Positions 9,824-19,834 are shown, counted from the stretch's first letter. The stretch is DNA of 27,193 bases from Folioceros fuciformis (GCA_049999805.1 JBNGIO010006283.1:62001-89193); one strand, 5' to 3'. Translations and numbers: made by a program. Notes: generated by a model not told the origin, from the letters alone.

Positions 9824-12529
9824 ATGGCCACAGTAAGGCAACCGGACCCGTTGTGGACCCAGCAATTGGGTCTGTGTACAGGGATTCTACCAGGAGCTCC
9901 CGCTCACCTCACCTCAGGGGTTCAACCCCTGGCAAACAACCAAGCTTCTAAGTGTAGCCGTGCAAGATGCAGCACAGGCCCAGTTTCGAGAAAAGTTGTG
10001 GGTGGGGACGGGTTTTGCAGCGATGGGCGTTGCCAGGAGCAGGAGCACCTGTGGCAACAATTGTTCTTGGACCCTACTATGTGGTGGGATTACAGAAGAG
10101 ATAAGAGGAGCTCCCGATCGCCGGATTTCCGGAGGAAGGGGTCCGGCGAGGTCCTGTGGTTAAACAATTTGTGTAAGCCAGCTTGGGTTGATGAGCAGCT
10201 CGTTTCCTTGGATATGCAGATGGGTCACGGTCACGGTGCCCTCCCTTTCAAGCCGGGTTCTCCAGAGAAGCTGGAACTTGGCACTCGTGCAGGATTGGAA
10301 ATGGACGTGGTAACGCCTAGAACCGTGAGCATCCTATGCCAGCAGAGAAAGCTTTCTGAAGCCATTGCAGCCCTGGAATCTCTGCTGCTGACAGACTTTG
10401 CTATTTCGCAGTCTTTGCTTTGCACTGTGCTCAAACTGTGTACAACTAAGAAGGATTTCGCTGTGGGGCGACGAGTTCATGATCTGTGTGTGAAGCTTGG
10501 GTACGAGTCGATTGCGTACATGGGGAACCATATCCTGCGCATGTATGCAAGTGGAGGAAGGCTAGAGGAGGCCATGGATGTGTTCACCAGGGTAGGAAAA
10601 CCAGATGTTTTCACGTGGTCTTCCATCATCTCTGCACATGCTAAACATGGGAAACCCAATGAGGCAGTACAACTGTACCATGAGATGCGCAGGTCGGGAG
10701 TGAAGCCGGATGCTCACGTCTTTGCAGCTGCCCTTCAAGCTTGTGCATTTGCCTCTGACTTGGAATCTGGCAGGAAAGTGCACGGCGACGTATTGCAGAG
10801 TGCCATCCATCCTGACTTGTTTGTTGGGGCCATCCTGGTGGACATGTATGCAAAATGTGGTGAACTGAGAGACGCACGCCTGGTTTTCGAAAGCTTGCCC
10901 AAGAAGGATGTGGTGACATGGACGGCCCTGATTGCTGGCTACGCACACCAAGGTCTCGGGCAAGAGGCGCTGGCTCTCTATGAGCAAATGGAGCAGGAGG
11001 GCCTGATTGTGGCTGACCACGTTACTTTCGCTTGCCTTCTGAAGGCCTGTGCTAGCGTTGGTGCCTTACAGAAGGGCAGGCATCTGCACTCACAGATTGT
11101 GGAACGAGGAAAGCTGGACAATGTACTGGTGGGAAATTGCCTGGTGGACATGTATGCAAAATGTGGCGAACTGAAATGTGCACGAGAAGTTTTTGAAAGC
11201 CTGGCCATGAAGGATGTCGTGACATGGAATGCGCTCTTATCTGGGTATGCAAGGTGTGGTGAACTGGCAAATGCACGCCTGGTTTTTGACAGCATGAACA
11301 CAAAGGATGTAGTGTCATGGAACGTCCTCATCGCTGGGTATGAACAGCAAGAACTTGGACAAGAGTCGCTTGTTCTGTATGGGCAAATGGAGGAAGCAGG
11401 CCTGCTTTTGGCTGACGATATTACTTATGCTTGCGTTCTGAAGGCCTGCGGGAGCACCGGTGCCTTACAGAAGGGCAGGCAGCTGCACTCGCAGATTGTG
11501 AAAAGGGGACAGCTGGACAGCGTAGTATTAGGCACCTGCCTGGTGGACATGTATGCAAAATGTGGTGAACTGGGAGATGCACGCCAGGTTTTTGATAGCA
11601 TGAACTCAAAGAATGTGGTGACATGGAATGCCCTGATATCTGGGTATGGTGCTTGCGATGATGGTCAGAGGGCACTAGCTTGTTTTCGTGAGATGTTAGT
11701 TGCCGGGATTCTGCCAGATGCTTCCACCTTCAGTTGCCTTCTTGTAGCATGCAGTCATGAGGGGCTGGTGAACGAGGGTCGCAAGCTCTTTGATTCCATG
11801 GCTGAAGAGCATGGCATCAAACCTGCTATTGAGCATTACACCTGCATGATTGATCTTCTTGGCCGGGCAGGCCATTTAGACGAGGCAGAGAAGATGCTAT
11901 TGTCATGTAAAGGCGAATCCGACGTTGTTGGATTGACGACTTTGTTGAATGCCTGCAAAAGGCACGGGGATATAGAGAGGGCGATTTGGTGCTTTGAAAG
12001 CATCGTTAGGCTGGCCCCCCAGGATGCGCGCCCGTACGTGCTCATGGCCAATGCCTATGCAGATGCAGGTAGGTGGACCGATGTAGACAGGATAGAAATG
12101 GAGAGAAGGGTAGTAGGAGCTAACAAGAAACCTGCAGTTGCCACCATTGAGGTGAAAGAGGAGGTACATACATTTTTGGTGGGAGAAAGGAGGGAGGATA
12201 TTGCGCTCAAGATAGAGAGCACGAATGCACGTCTGAAGGAGGAGGGAGGCCATGCACCTCACACACAGCTGGTGTTGAAGCCCCTGGGTGAGAAGGAGAA
12301 GGAAGATGCGCTTTGTGGCCATGCTGAGAAGCTAGCTCTGGCATTCGGTCTGTTGAACACTCCGAGTGGGACACCTCTGGTGGTGACGAAGAATCTACGC
12401 ATGTGCAGTGACTGCCACAGTTCCACTGAGATCATGTCAAGACTAGAGCAGAGACACATTGTTGTAAGAGACGGATACCGTGTGCATCGATTCGCAAATG
12501 GCTGTTGCAGTTGTAAGGGTAGACCCTGA
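9824..12529 (+). CDS. PLS-class PPR protein, DYW:KP (GRP-type), with N-terminal OSB-type PDF motif; copy 2
   Basis: Intronless 901-aa ORF: leader, PDF motif, about 16 repeats (L-S-P-L-S-P-L-S-SS-P-L-S-P2-L2-S2 after one degenerate repeat), E1, E2, KKPAVATIEV, HAEKLA, CSDCH, CSCKGRP. Confidence 0.95.
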   Translation: MATVRQPDPLWTQQLGLCTGILPGAPAHLTSGVQPLANNQASKCSRARCSTGPVSRKVVGGDGFCSDGRCQEQEHLWQQLFLDPTMWWDYRRDKRSSRSPDFRRKGSGEVLWLNNLCKPAWVDEQLVSLDMQMGHGHGALPFKPGSPEKLELGTRAGLEMDVVTPRTVSILCQQRKLSEAIAALESLLLTDFAISQSLLCTVLKLCTTKKDFAVGRRVHDLCVKLGYESIAYMGNHILRMYASGGRLEEAMDVFTRVGKPDVFTWSSIISAHAKHGKPNEAVQLYHEMRRSGVKPDAHVFAAALQACAFASDLESGRKVHGDVLQSAIHPDLFVGAILVDMYAKCGELRDARLVFESLPKKDVVTWTALIAGYAHQGLGQEALALYEQMEQEGLIVADHVTFACLLKACASVGALQKGRHLHSQIVERGKLDNVLVGNCLVDMYAKCGELKCAREVFESLAMKDVVTWNALLSGYARCGELANARLVFDSMNTKDVVSWNVLIAGYEQQELGQESLVLYGQMEEAGLLLADDITYACVLKACGSTGALQKGRQLHSQIVKRGQLDSVVLGTCLVDMYAKCGELGDARQVFDSMNSKNVVTWNALISGYGACDDGQRALACFREMLVAGILPDASTFSCLLVACSHEGLVNEGRKLFDSMAEEHGIKPAIEHYTCMIDLLGRAGHLDEAEKMLLSCKGESDVVGLTTLLNACKRHGDIERAIWCFESIVRLAPQDARPYVLMANAYADAGRWTDVDRIEMERRVVGANKKPAVATIEVKEEVHTFLVGERREDIALKIESTNARLKEEGGHAPHTQLVLKPLGEKEKEDALCGHAEKLALAFGLLNTPSGTPLVVTKNLRMCSDCHSSTEIMSRLEQRHIVVRDGYRVHRFANGCCSCKGRP
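10043..10201 (+). other. PDF motif of the type found in organellar ssDNA-binding OSB proteins, inside the PPR ORF
   Basis: EHLWQQLFLDPTMWWDYRRDKRSSRSPDFRRKGSGEVLWLNNLCKPAWVDEQL matches the recalled OSB consensus W..FF.NP..WWDNR..K....PDFKHK.TGEALW.....P.WV..QL. Confidence 0.85.
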
Positions 12530-12935
12530 GGATAACCAAGAAGTGGTCACGTATCGATGTGTTTCTGAGGATGACCGCAAATGGCTACGAGCTCCATCTC
12601 TGTCCAAAGCCAGGCACTTGAACATGGATTGCAACCACTCATCCACCTCCCATGATCACGGAGTGATCTAGACTCATCAGAATCGAATGCATTTCTCGCG
12701 TTGTAGAACATGAAAGCTGTGTCGGTAATAGGGGTCCAACGAACGATGCTCGACGTTTCAGTCTTGGTTCAAGAGCGTTGGTACCACCAGGTGTTAAATT
12801 TCTCTGCGTACCACAGCCCAGTGGCGCCTATGAAGGCGTCTCCGACATCCTCCACGGTGTTGTGGTGATGCGTTGTAGCTGGGAGTCCTGCCATGGTCTG
12901 CTGTTAGTGTCATCTCCCGACAGGGGTCCTGAACG

Positions 12936-15236
12936 ATGGCCACGGTATGGCATCTGGACCCGTTGTGGACCCAACAACCGGCTGTGTGTACAGGGAGTCT
13001 ACGAAGAGGTCCCGCTCACCACATCTTAGGGAGTCAAAGCCTGGCAAGCGAAGCCTCCAGGTACAGCAGTGGAAGGAGCCCAGCACTCCCGAGAAAGTGT
13101 GTGGGTGGGGAGGGATCTTCCAGGGATGGCCGTTGCCAGGAGCAGGAGCACTTGTCTGGCGAGGTCCTGTGGATAAACGACATGTTGAGGCCAACTTGGG
13201 TTGATGAGCAGCTCGTATCCTTGGATTTGAATGTCGGTCAAGGAGGCTCTCCTTTGAAGTCGAGGTCTCCGGATAAGGATAAGCCTGAACTTGGCAGGCG
13301 TGCAGGGTCGGAAATTGGCGTGGTGATGGCTGGAACCGTGAGCATGCTGTGTGAGCAGGGTAAGCTTTGTGAAGCTGTTGGAGCCCTGGAATCTCTGGCG
13401 CAGACAGACTCTGCTATTCCTCGGTCTCTGTTTTGCACAGTGTTGAAACTGTGTACAGCGAAGAAGGATCTGGTTGTGGGGCGACGAGTTCATCATCTCA
13501 TCGTCAAAATCGGGTACGAGGCAATCGCATACGTGGGGAACCATATCCTGCGCATGTATGCAAGTGGGGGCCGGCTAGAGGAGGCCATGGATGTGTTCAC
13601 CAGGGTAGGCAAACCAGATGTTTTCACCTGGTCTTCCATCATCTCTGCACATACTAAGCATGGGAAACCGAATGAGGCCGTACAACTGTACCATGAAATG
13701 CGCAGGTCCGGTGTGAAGGCGGATCCTCACGCCTTCGTGGCTGCTCTTCAAGCTTGTGCATTTGCCGCTGATTTAGAGTCTGGCAGACAAGTACACTGTG
13801 ATGTGGTGCGAAGTGGCATTCCTGCTGACTCGTTTGTGGGCGCCAGCCTGGTGGACATGTACGCGAAATGTGGTGAACTGGGAGATGCACGCCTGGTTTT
13901 TGACAACATGGCCACAAAGAATGTGGTGACATGGAATAGCCTGGTAGCTGGGTATGCAAAATGTGGTGAACTGGGAGATGCACGCCAGGTTTTTGACAGC
14001 ATGGTCACCAAGGACGTGGTGTCATGGAATGCCATGATTGCGGGGTATGCACAGCATGGACTTGGCCAAGAGTCGCTGCTTCTCTATGGACAAATGCAAC
14101 GAGATGGCCTCATTTTGGCCAACCATGTTACCTTTACTTGCCTTCTGAAGGCCTGTGGAAGCACTGGTGCGTTGCAGAAGGGCAGGCAGCTGCACTCACA
14201 GATTGTGGGAAGAGGACTGCTGGATAACATAGTCTTGGGCAACTGCCTGGTGGACATGTATGCCAAATGTGGTGAAATGGAAGAGGCACGCCAGGTTTTT
14301 GACAGCATGAGCACAAAGAGTGTGGTGTCGTGGAATGCGCTCATATCTGGGTATGGCACTTGTGATGATGGTCGGAGAGCACTAGCTTGCTTTGAGGAGA
14401 TGTTAGTTGCCGGCGTTCAGCCTGATAGTGCTACTTTTAGCTGCCTTCTAGCAGCATGCAGTCATGAGGGACTGGTCCATGAGGGTCGCAAGCACTTTGA
14501 TTCCATGGCTGGACAGCATGGCATCAAACCTACTATTGAGCATTACACCTGCATGATCGATCTTCTTGGGCGTGCGGGCCATTTAGAAGAGGCAGAGGAA
14601 ATGTTACTGTCATGTGAGGGCCAAAGTGATGTTGTAGGATTGAGGTCTTTGTTGAATGCCTGCAAAAACCATGGCGATATAGAGAGGGCGAGGTGGTGTT
14701 TTGAAAATATTGTGAAGCTGGCCCCCCAGGATGCGCCTGCATATGTGCTCATGGCCAATGCCTACGCAGATGCCGGGAGGTGGACCGATGTGGACAGCGT
14801 TGAGACAAGGAGAAGGGTGGCGGGAGCTAACAAAAAACCAGCTGTGGCGACCATTGAGGTTGATGAGAAGGTGCATAGATTTCTGGTGGGAGAAAGGAGG
14901 GAGGATATTGCGCTCAAGGTAGAGAGCACGAATTCACGTCTGAAGCAGGAAGGGGGCCACGTACCTCACACAAAGCTCGTGTTGAAGCCTCTTGGTGAGA
15001 AGGAAAAGGAAGATGTGCTTTGTGGTCATGCCGAGAAGCTGGCTTTGGCGTTTGGTCTGTTGAACACTCCCAGTGGGACACCTCTGGTGGTGACGAAGAA
15101 TCTACGCATGTGCAGTGACTGCCACAGTTCCACGCAGATCATGTCAAGGCTTGAAAAGAGACACATCGTGGTCAGGGATGGATACCGTGTGCATCGATTC
15201 GCGAATGGGAGCTGCAGTTGTAAGGGTCGACCGTGA
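12936..15236 (+). CDS. PLS-class PPR protein, DYW:KP (GRP-type); copy 3, PDF core deleted
   Basis: Intronless 766-aa ORF colinear with copy 2 but lacking 30 aa of the PDF motif and one P-L-S triplet; same KP box, HAEKLA, CSDCH and CSCKGRP end. Confidence 0.95.
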   Translation: MATVWHLDPLWTQQPAVCTGSLRRGPAHHILGSQSLASEASRYSSGRSPALPRKCVGGEGSSRDGRCQEQEHLSGEVLWINDMLRPTWVDEQLVSLDLNVGQGGSPLKSRSPDKDKPELGRRAGSEIGVVMAGTVSMLCEQGKLCEAVGALESLAQTDSAIPRSLFCTVLKLCTAKKDLVVGRRVHHLIVKIGYEAIAYVGNHILRMYASGGRLEEAMDVFTRVGKPDVFTWSSIISAHTKHGKPNEAVQLYHEMRRSGVKADPHAFVAALQACAFAADLESGRQVHCDVVRSGIPADSFVGASLVDMYAKCGELGDARLVFDNMATKNVVTWNSLVAGYAKCGELGDARQVFDSMVTKDVVSWNAMIAGYAQHGLGQESLLLYGQMQRDGLILANHVTFTCLLKACGSTGALQKGRQLHSQIVGRGLLDNIVLGNCLVDMYAKCGEMEEARQVFDSMSTKSVVSWNALISGYGTCDDGRRALACFEEMLVAGVQPDSATFSCLLAACSHEGLVHEGRKHFDSMAGQHGIKPTIEHYTCMIDLLGRAGHLEEAEEMLLSCEGQSDVVGLRSLLNACKNHGDIERARWCFENIVKLAPQDAPAYVLMANAYADAGRWTDVDSVETRRRVAGANKKPAVATIEVDEKVHRFLVGERREDIALKVESTNSRLKQEGGHVPHTKLVLKPLGEKEKEDVLCGHAEKLALAFGLLNTPSGTPLVVTKNLRMCSDCHSSTQIMSRLEKRHIVVRDGYRVHRFANGSCSCKGRP

Positions 15237-15706
15237 GACAAATGAAGAACTACACAGTACTGAAGTGCGCATGCATCAGAGAATTTTACGTCTGTCCCTA
15301 AGGGGCCGACGGGGAAACAGATTACGATATTCATCCGCCTCGCATCAAATCGCTGAAGTATAACACGCGGAAGAAGCTCTCACGTAATGACAAATTGTAC
15401 ACCTCGCTTTCGCGAGTCCATTCCACAACTTGATCCACTGCTAGCAGTATGGGCTTGGATGGACACCTTCGCTGGGAACTTACGCTGAGCCAGGTATGAA
15501 TCTTCGTGTACATGCAATGACGATCACGGTTGGGGTCTTCCTGTAGAAGAGATATCCCCTCTGAGAAAAGCAAAATCTCACACTGTCGACTCTAGGCTAG
15601 CACAACTACATTTGAGGATACGGAGACGTACCTGGGCGATCAATCGGCCATGGTACTCAAAATTTTCTCACTGGACTGCAATTTTTTAGGCAACGACGAA
15701 TCTCCA

Positions 15707-18027
15707 CTACAACGTGAGCTGATGATAGGCATCGGTGAAAGCAGTTGAATCTCGCAAGGTCTTCCTTGCACGCCAGTGCACTGCTCCAGCAGCTTCTATA
15801 TTCCCAGCCTGCATTGATCAAACAAGGAGAACATATTGTTAAACCCTGATCTTGACACTCAGGTTTTACACAGGCAACAGCCGTGTGAAAAGTTTACCTG
15901 CAGTTCCTGCTGGCAGTACTCCAGCCATAATTGAGTGTCTTCCCTTCCGTGCTGCTTCACGGCCAGGTCAAACAACTTGCGCATGTTTCCAAATGCATCC
16001 ACGTCTCCAAGACTGGCTGTGCGTGACTCAATGGTTATGCTATGACGGATCAAGTTAATGCTTGGACCAGGTAGAGCTAACAGGCTGCACAAGATCAGGT
16101 TTCCAGGTCATTGAAAATGAAGCTAACGTATAATCGAACAGAAGGGTAGCCCGGAAAAGAAGATAGCAGTACCGCTTGTAAGCCTGGCGAGCTCGTTCAA
16201 TCCCTTGACTGATTAGGATCCAATCCACTACCATGATGGCCAGATCTGCTCCTGCTTCACCAGCCGTGCCACTTGCAAAAGATGCTTCTAGAATCTCCAA
16301 TAGAGTGCTAAACTTGCTGTCGTGCCTCGAGAAGAACTCCATGGCCTGTAGTTGCACAAGGATCCGCAGTTTAGTGTGCATAAAACACTATGACAGCCAT
16401 GAGGAAGGAGGAAATTAGCTCTGGTCGTCATACCATCTGCCAGATAGGTTTGGCTTCGACAATGGAGACAGATTTCAGGGCATGAAGGAAAAGATTTGAG
16501 AGATCGCCTCTTTCTCTCTCTGTGGACAGGGGCCTCCTTAGCTCCATTGACAGTCGTACATGCCACAGCTTGGAAGACTTGGGGAAGGACTGGGCACAGA
16601 AGTCAGCAGCCAATTTCTGTGCCTCCTCAAGCTTGCCCCACCTAAGCAAAAGGGAAAGGTGCCCATGAGCAACGACCTCACTGGAGAAGCCCTTTTCTGC
16701 TGCTGATTTGTAAAGATATAGCTGCCTCTCAGCAATCTCATATCCTCTCTGAGCTGCCCTAATGCCATTACTTTCCATATCCACATCCTCATGCTCCAAC
16801 AGGTCTTCAAGAAATCTTATGTAAAGCTCATACATGCGGACTGTAGACACTGATTTGAGAGCATCTTCATACACCTACACAAGAAATGATGATCAATTTC
16901 TTGAAGGGCCTGTGGTGGGTTTCAGATATAATATTTCAGAACAACCAACCAAAGGGAGGGGCCTTGCATCTCACCTTGACTGCCCTTTGAAGTGATTCAT
17001 CAAAACCTATCTTCGATAATGACCGAAGATGCTGTTTGGCTTTCCAATCCCAGGTAGCCTCATCAGTACGGAAGTCTTTTTCCAAGCTGTCACATATGTC
17101 ATTCTCGATCCTCTCTGCTTCAGGTAGATCGAAGCCCTGAAGTAGCTCCACAAACCGGCGTCGAAAAGCGAAACTGGAGGGAATCTTCTCGACAGCATTC
17201 CGGAAAATGGTGAGAGCAATTTGATAAGTGGGATGCTCAGCTCTTACTGGTGCCGCAGAGTCACCTGTCAAAGCTGGTGCTTGATCACTCTTGACACCTG
17301 AATCTGAATCCAGACCAAGAACAAGCCTTCTAGCCTGGAGCTTCTGTGCATATGTAAGCTCCATCGTGAAGTACTCATGCCATAAGGATTGGGCTCGAGG
17401 ACATGCTCGAATGCCCTCCAGCATTAGCGCTCTCGCAGCCTCGACGTTTAAGTTGCGCTCAAATTCCCAAGCGGCAGCGTACATCCACAGGCCAGGGACA
17501 GTAGAATGCAGCTGCAACGCCTTGGCCATGACCTAAGGAGGTAACGACGCATCCTGGTGAACACCGAAGACATCTGTGCCAAGAGCAAGGAACACAGCAA
17601 TTTTTGGATGCAAGCACAAGCAAACCTTCTGCAGGCGTCGGGGGCCGTGGCTTCTGCAAAATTCCATGTACCGTAGCCAGAGCTTGAGGTCGCCCTTGAA
17701 CCTGGTGACGGCACGCTGGTAGATGAGCATGATGCGCATTACCAAGGAGCGATCGGATAGGGAGGAACGCCATCTCTTTCCAGAAGCCTTGAGGCCCCTC
17801 ACAAGAGCCTTTTTGCGCAGCTTGCGCAGAGCTTCCAACTGCAGCTCGTACTGGATGTAGCTGAGAAAGTCTTGCTTGAGCACCGAGTGCCTCTTGAGCA
17901 GATATTCAAAGTTGGTACGCCTCTTCACGATTTCCTTGATCTCGGCTGGAGAAAAAAGACCGCGCTTCTCCAAATCTTCGAGCTCCGGGAGCGTTCGCTC
18001 CAAGTAGTAACGGACTGTGTCCGCCAT
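15707..18027 (-). CDS. UTP6: U3 snoRNA-associated protein 6 (SSU processome HAT-repeat protein)
   Basis: Exons 18027-17626, 17532-16975, 16874-16434, 16345-16173, 16084-15898, 15808-15707 in phase. N-terminus MADTVRYYLERTLPELEDLEKRGLFSPAEIKEIVKRRTNFEY is the Utp6 signature; HAT repeats such as LWMYAAAWEFERNLNVEAARALM; ends VHWRARKTL...TL*. Confidence 0.93.
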
Positions 18028-18766
18028 GGTTGCGCATGCCCTATTTTGGAAGAGGCTTCAAACTGGTCTATATAAGCTTAAGTACAATATAAGAGAGGCC
18101 AAGAGGAATGTTTTCTCTGGGACCGTTGGGTGTCAGCCGCCTCCACACATACACATATAGTGATTCCTCCCCAAATAATCCAGTAGTGAGTAGTTTTCCC
18201 GTCTGGAAAATTCCCCATGCCGAGCCCAAGCCTGGTGGGCTCGGTCCTGAGTTCAGGATGAATTGCATCTCCTACAGTTTCAGCTTCAAGGGGTAGAGCT
18301 CGAGTATGAAGTTTCATCTACACAACAAGGTGCTCGCCTGCACCCCACATCTGTAGGGATACATCTACACAACAAGGAGCTCTCTCAGCTTCTGAGAGGC
18401 GGGGTCTAGATGAAGACTTGAGATTCAACACCAGATTTAGAAGATAGCGACAAAGACGACAACTCCCACCTTTGACCTTGTTCCCCATGCACACTAGTAG
18501 GATTCCATCAAAGGCTTTGATAGCCTTCACAGCAGAGGAGAGTGGATGTACATACAGTGGATTGATAGGAAGTGGATCTTCTCCGTGCAGGAGATGGTTT
18601 TCCGAGGGAACTGATAAGCTCATTCGGGCCTAAATGGAGGTTAACTGCAGAGACAGCAAGCCAGCGCTGGGCCAGAAACGAGAGCAGCATCCACATCACT
18701 GTGGCAGACCGCCCAGTAGAATTTAGATTCCCAAAAGTCAGCCTACTGCACCGAAAAGGGTTCTCA

Positions 18767-19834
18767 TCAGACGGTGGCGAGGAGCTTGTTGTTAGTCCAT
18801 TCCGCAGTCTTAGCCATGCCGTCCTCAAAAGACACGGGAGGTTCATACCCCAACTCCGTCTGCGCTTTGGTGCTGTGACTGGTAATGGAGCAGGCCAGAG
18901 GCAGCAGCATCTGCCTGGAGATGTACCTCTTGGCCACATGATTCACAACAGGAATGTTCTCCAGAACCGTAGCCAGAGACCAGAGCACCTTTCCCGACAC
19001 CTCCGACGACGGCACCTTCACCCGAGGCAACCCGGCCCGCACATACTTGGTGAAGAACTCCCGGATCCCCACGGGGCTCTCCCTGTCAAACATGTTGTAA
19101 ACCTCCCCGCTCTTGCCTCGCAGCGCGGCGACCCTCAGCCCATAGCAGAGATTGTCGATGAACGTGGTGACGGTCTCGGTATCGTCCGGCTTGATCCACC
19201 TGAAGGTCCCCATCCCGATGCTGTCTCGCAGAATGGGGATGACGGAGGTGTCCCCGGGCCCCCACACGAACCCCGGTCGCACAGACACCGTCCTCAGCTC
19301 CGATGCCCCGTTTCTGTCCCTGCCCGCCTCCACCACCAGGTCCTCCGCCATGGCCTTGGAGCGCGCGTACAAAGCCCATTCCGGGACTCGCTTGGGGCTC
19401 TCCTCCGTCGTGCCCTTCATGTCCGCCGGATTCTGGTTGTACATGACGGTGAAGGAGGAGATGTAGAGGAAGGTGGGCACCTTAGCGGCCCGGGCGGCCC
19501 GCAGTGCATTGGCCGTGCCTTGCACGGTGGCGTGGTAGCACTGCTGCCAGGATCCCTGCAGGCTCACCCACGCCGCTGCGTGGTACACCAGCTCGCATTC
19601 CGCCATGGCCGCCGTCATGGCGTCCACAGAGTCCAGGTCCCCTCGCACCAGGCTGCAGTGATCCGAGGCCTGTGCGCCCCTGCTGGCCGCGGCGCTGCCC
19701 GCCGCCTCCAGCATCGCCTCGTCCGCGGCCGGGGACCGGGACAAGGCGACCACCGTGTCTCCATGGGTTCCGATCAGAAACTTCAGGAGAGCTTTGCCTA
19801 TGAATCCAGAGCCCCCTGTCAGAAACACCTTCAT
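18767..19834 (-). CDS. NAD(P)-dependent epimerase/dehydratase (extended SDR, 3-beta-HSD-like)
   Basis: Intronless ORF; first in-frame ATG at 19834 gives MKVFLTGGSGFIG (Rossmann TGxxGxxG), YHAAA, catalytic YARSK, VRPGFVWGPGD, ELGYEP. Confidence 0.9.
   Translation of the reverse strand: MKVFLTGGSGFIGKALLKFLIGTHGDTVVALSRSPAADEAMLEAAGSAAASRGAQASDHCSLVRGDLDSVDAMTAAMAECELVYHAAAWVSLQGSWQQCYHATVQGTANALRAARAAKVPTFLYISSFTVMYNQNPADMKGTTEESPKRVPEWALYARSKAMAEDLVVEAGRDRNGASELRTVSVRPGFVWGPGDTSVIPILRDSIGMGTFRWIKPDDTETVTTFIDNLCYGLRVAALRGKSGEVYNMFDRESPVGIREFFTKYVRAGLPRVKVPSSEVSGKVLWSLATVLENIPVVNHVAKRYISRQMLLPLACSITSHSTKAQTELGYEPPVSFEDGMAKTAEWTNNKLLATV

Noticed and set aside
1211-18027. NOP16 and UTP6 as a ribosome-biogenesis cluster
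   Set aside because: About 13 kb apart with unrelated genes between; chance co-occurrence is sufficient.
8313-19834. Epimerase as a cofactor or amino-donor partner for U-to-C editing
   Set aside because: Only proximity supports it; SDR chemistry is not transamination and no transit peptide is evident.
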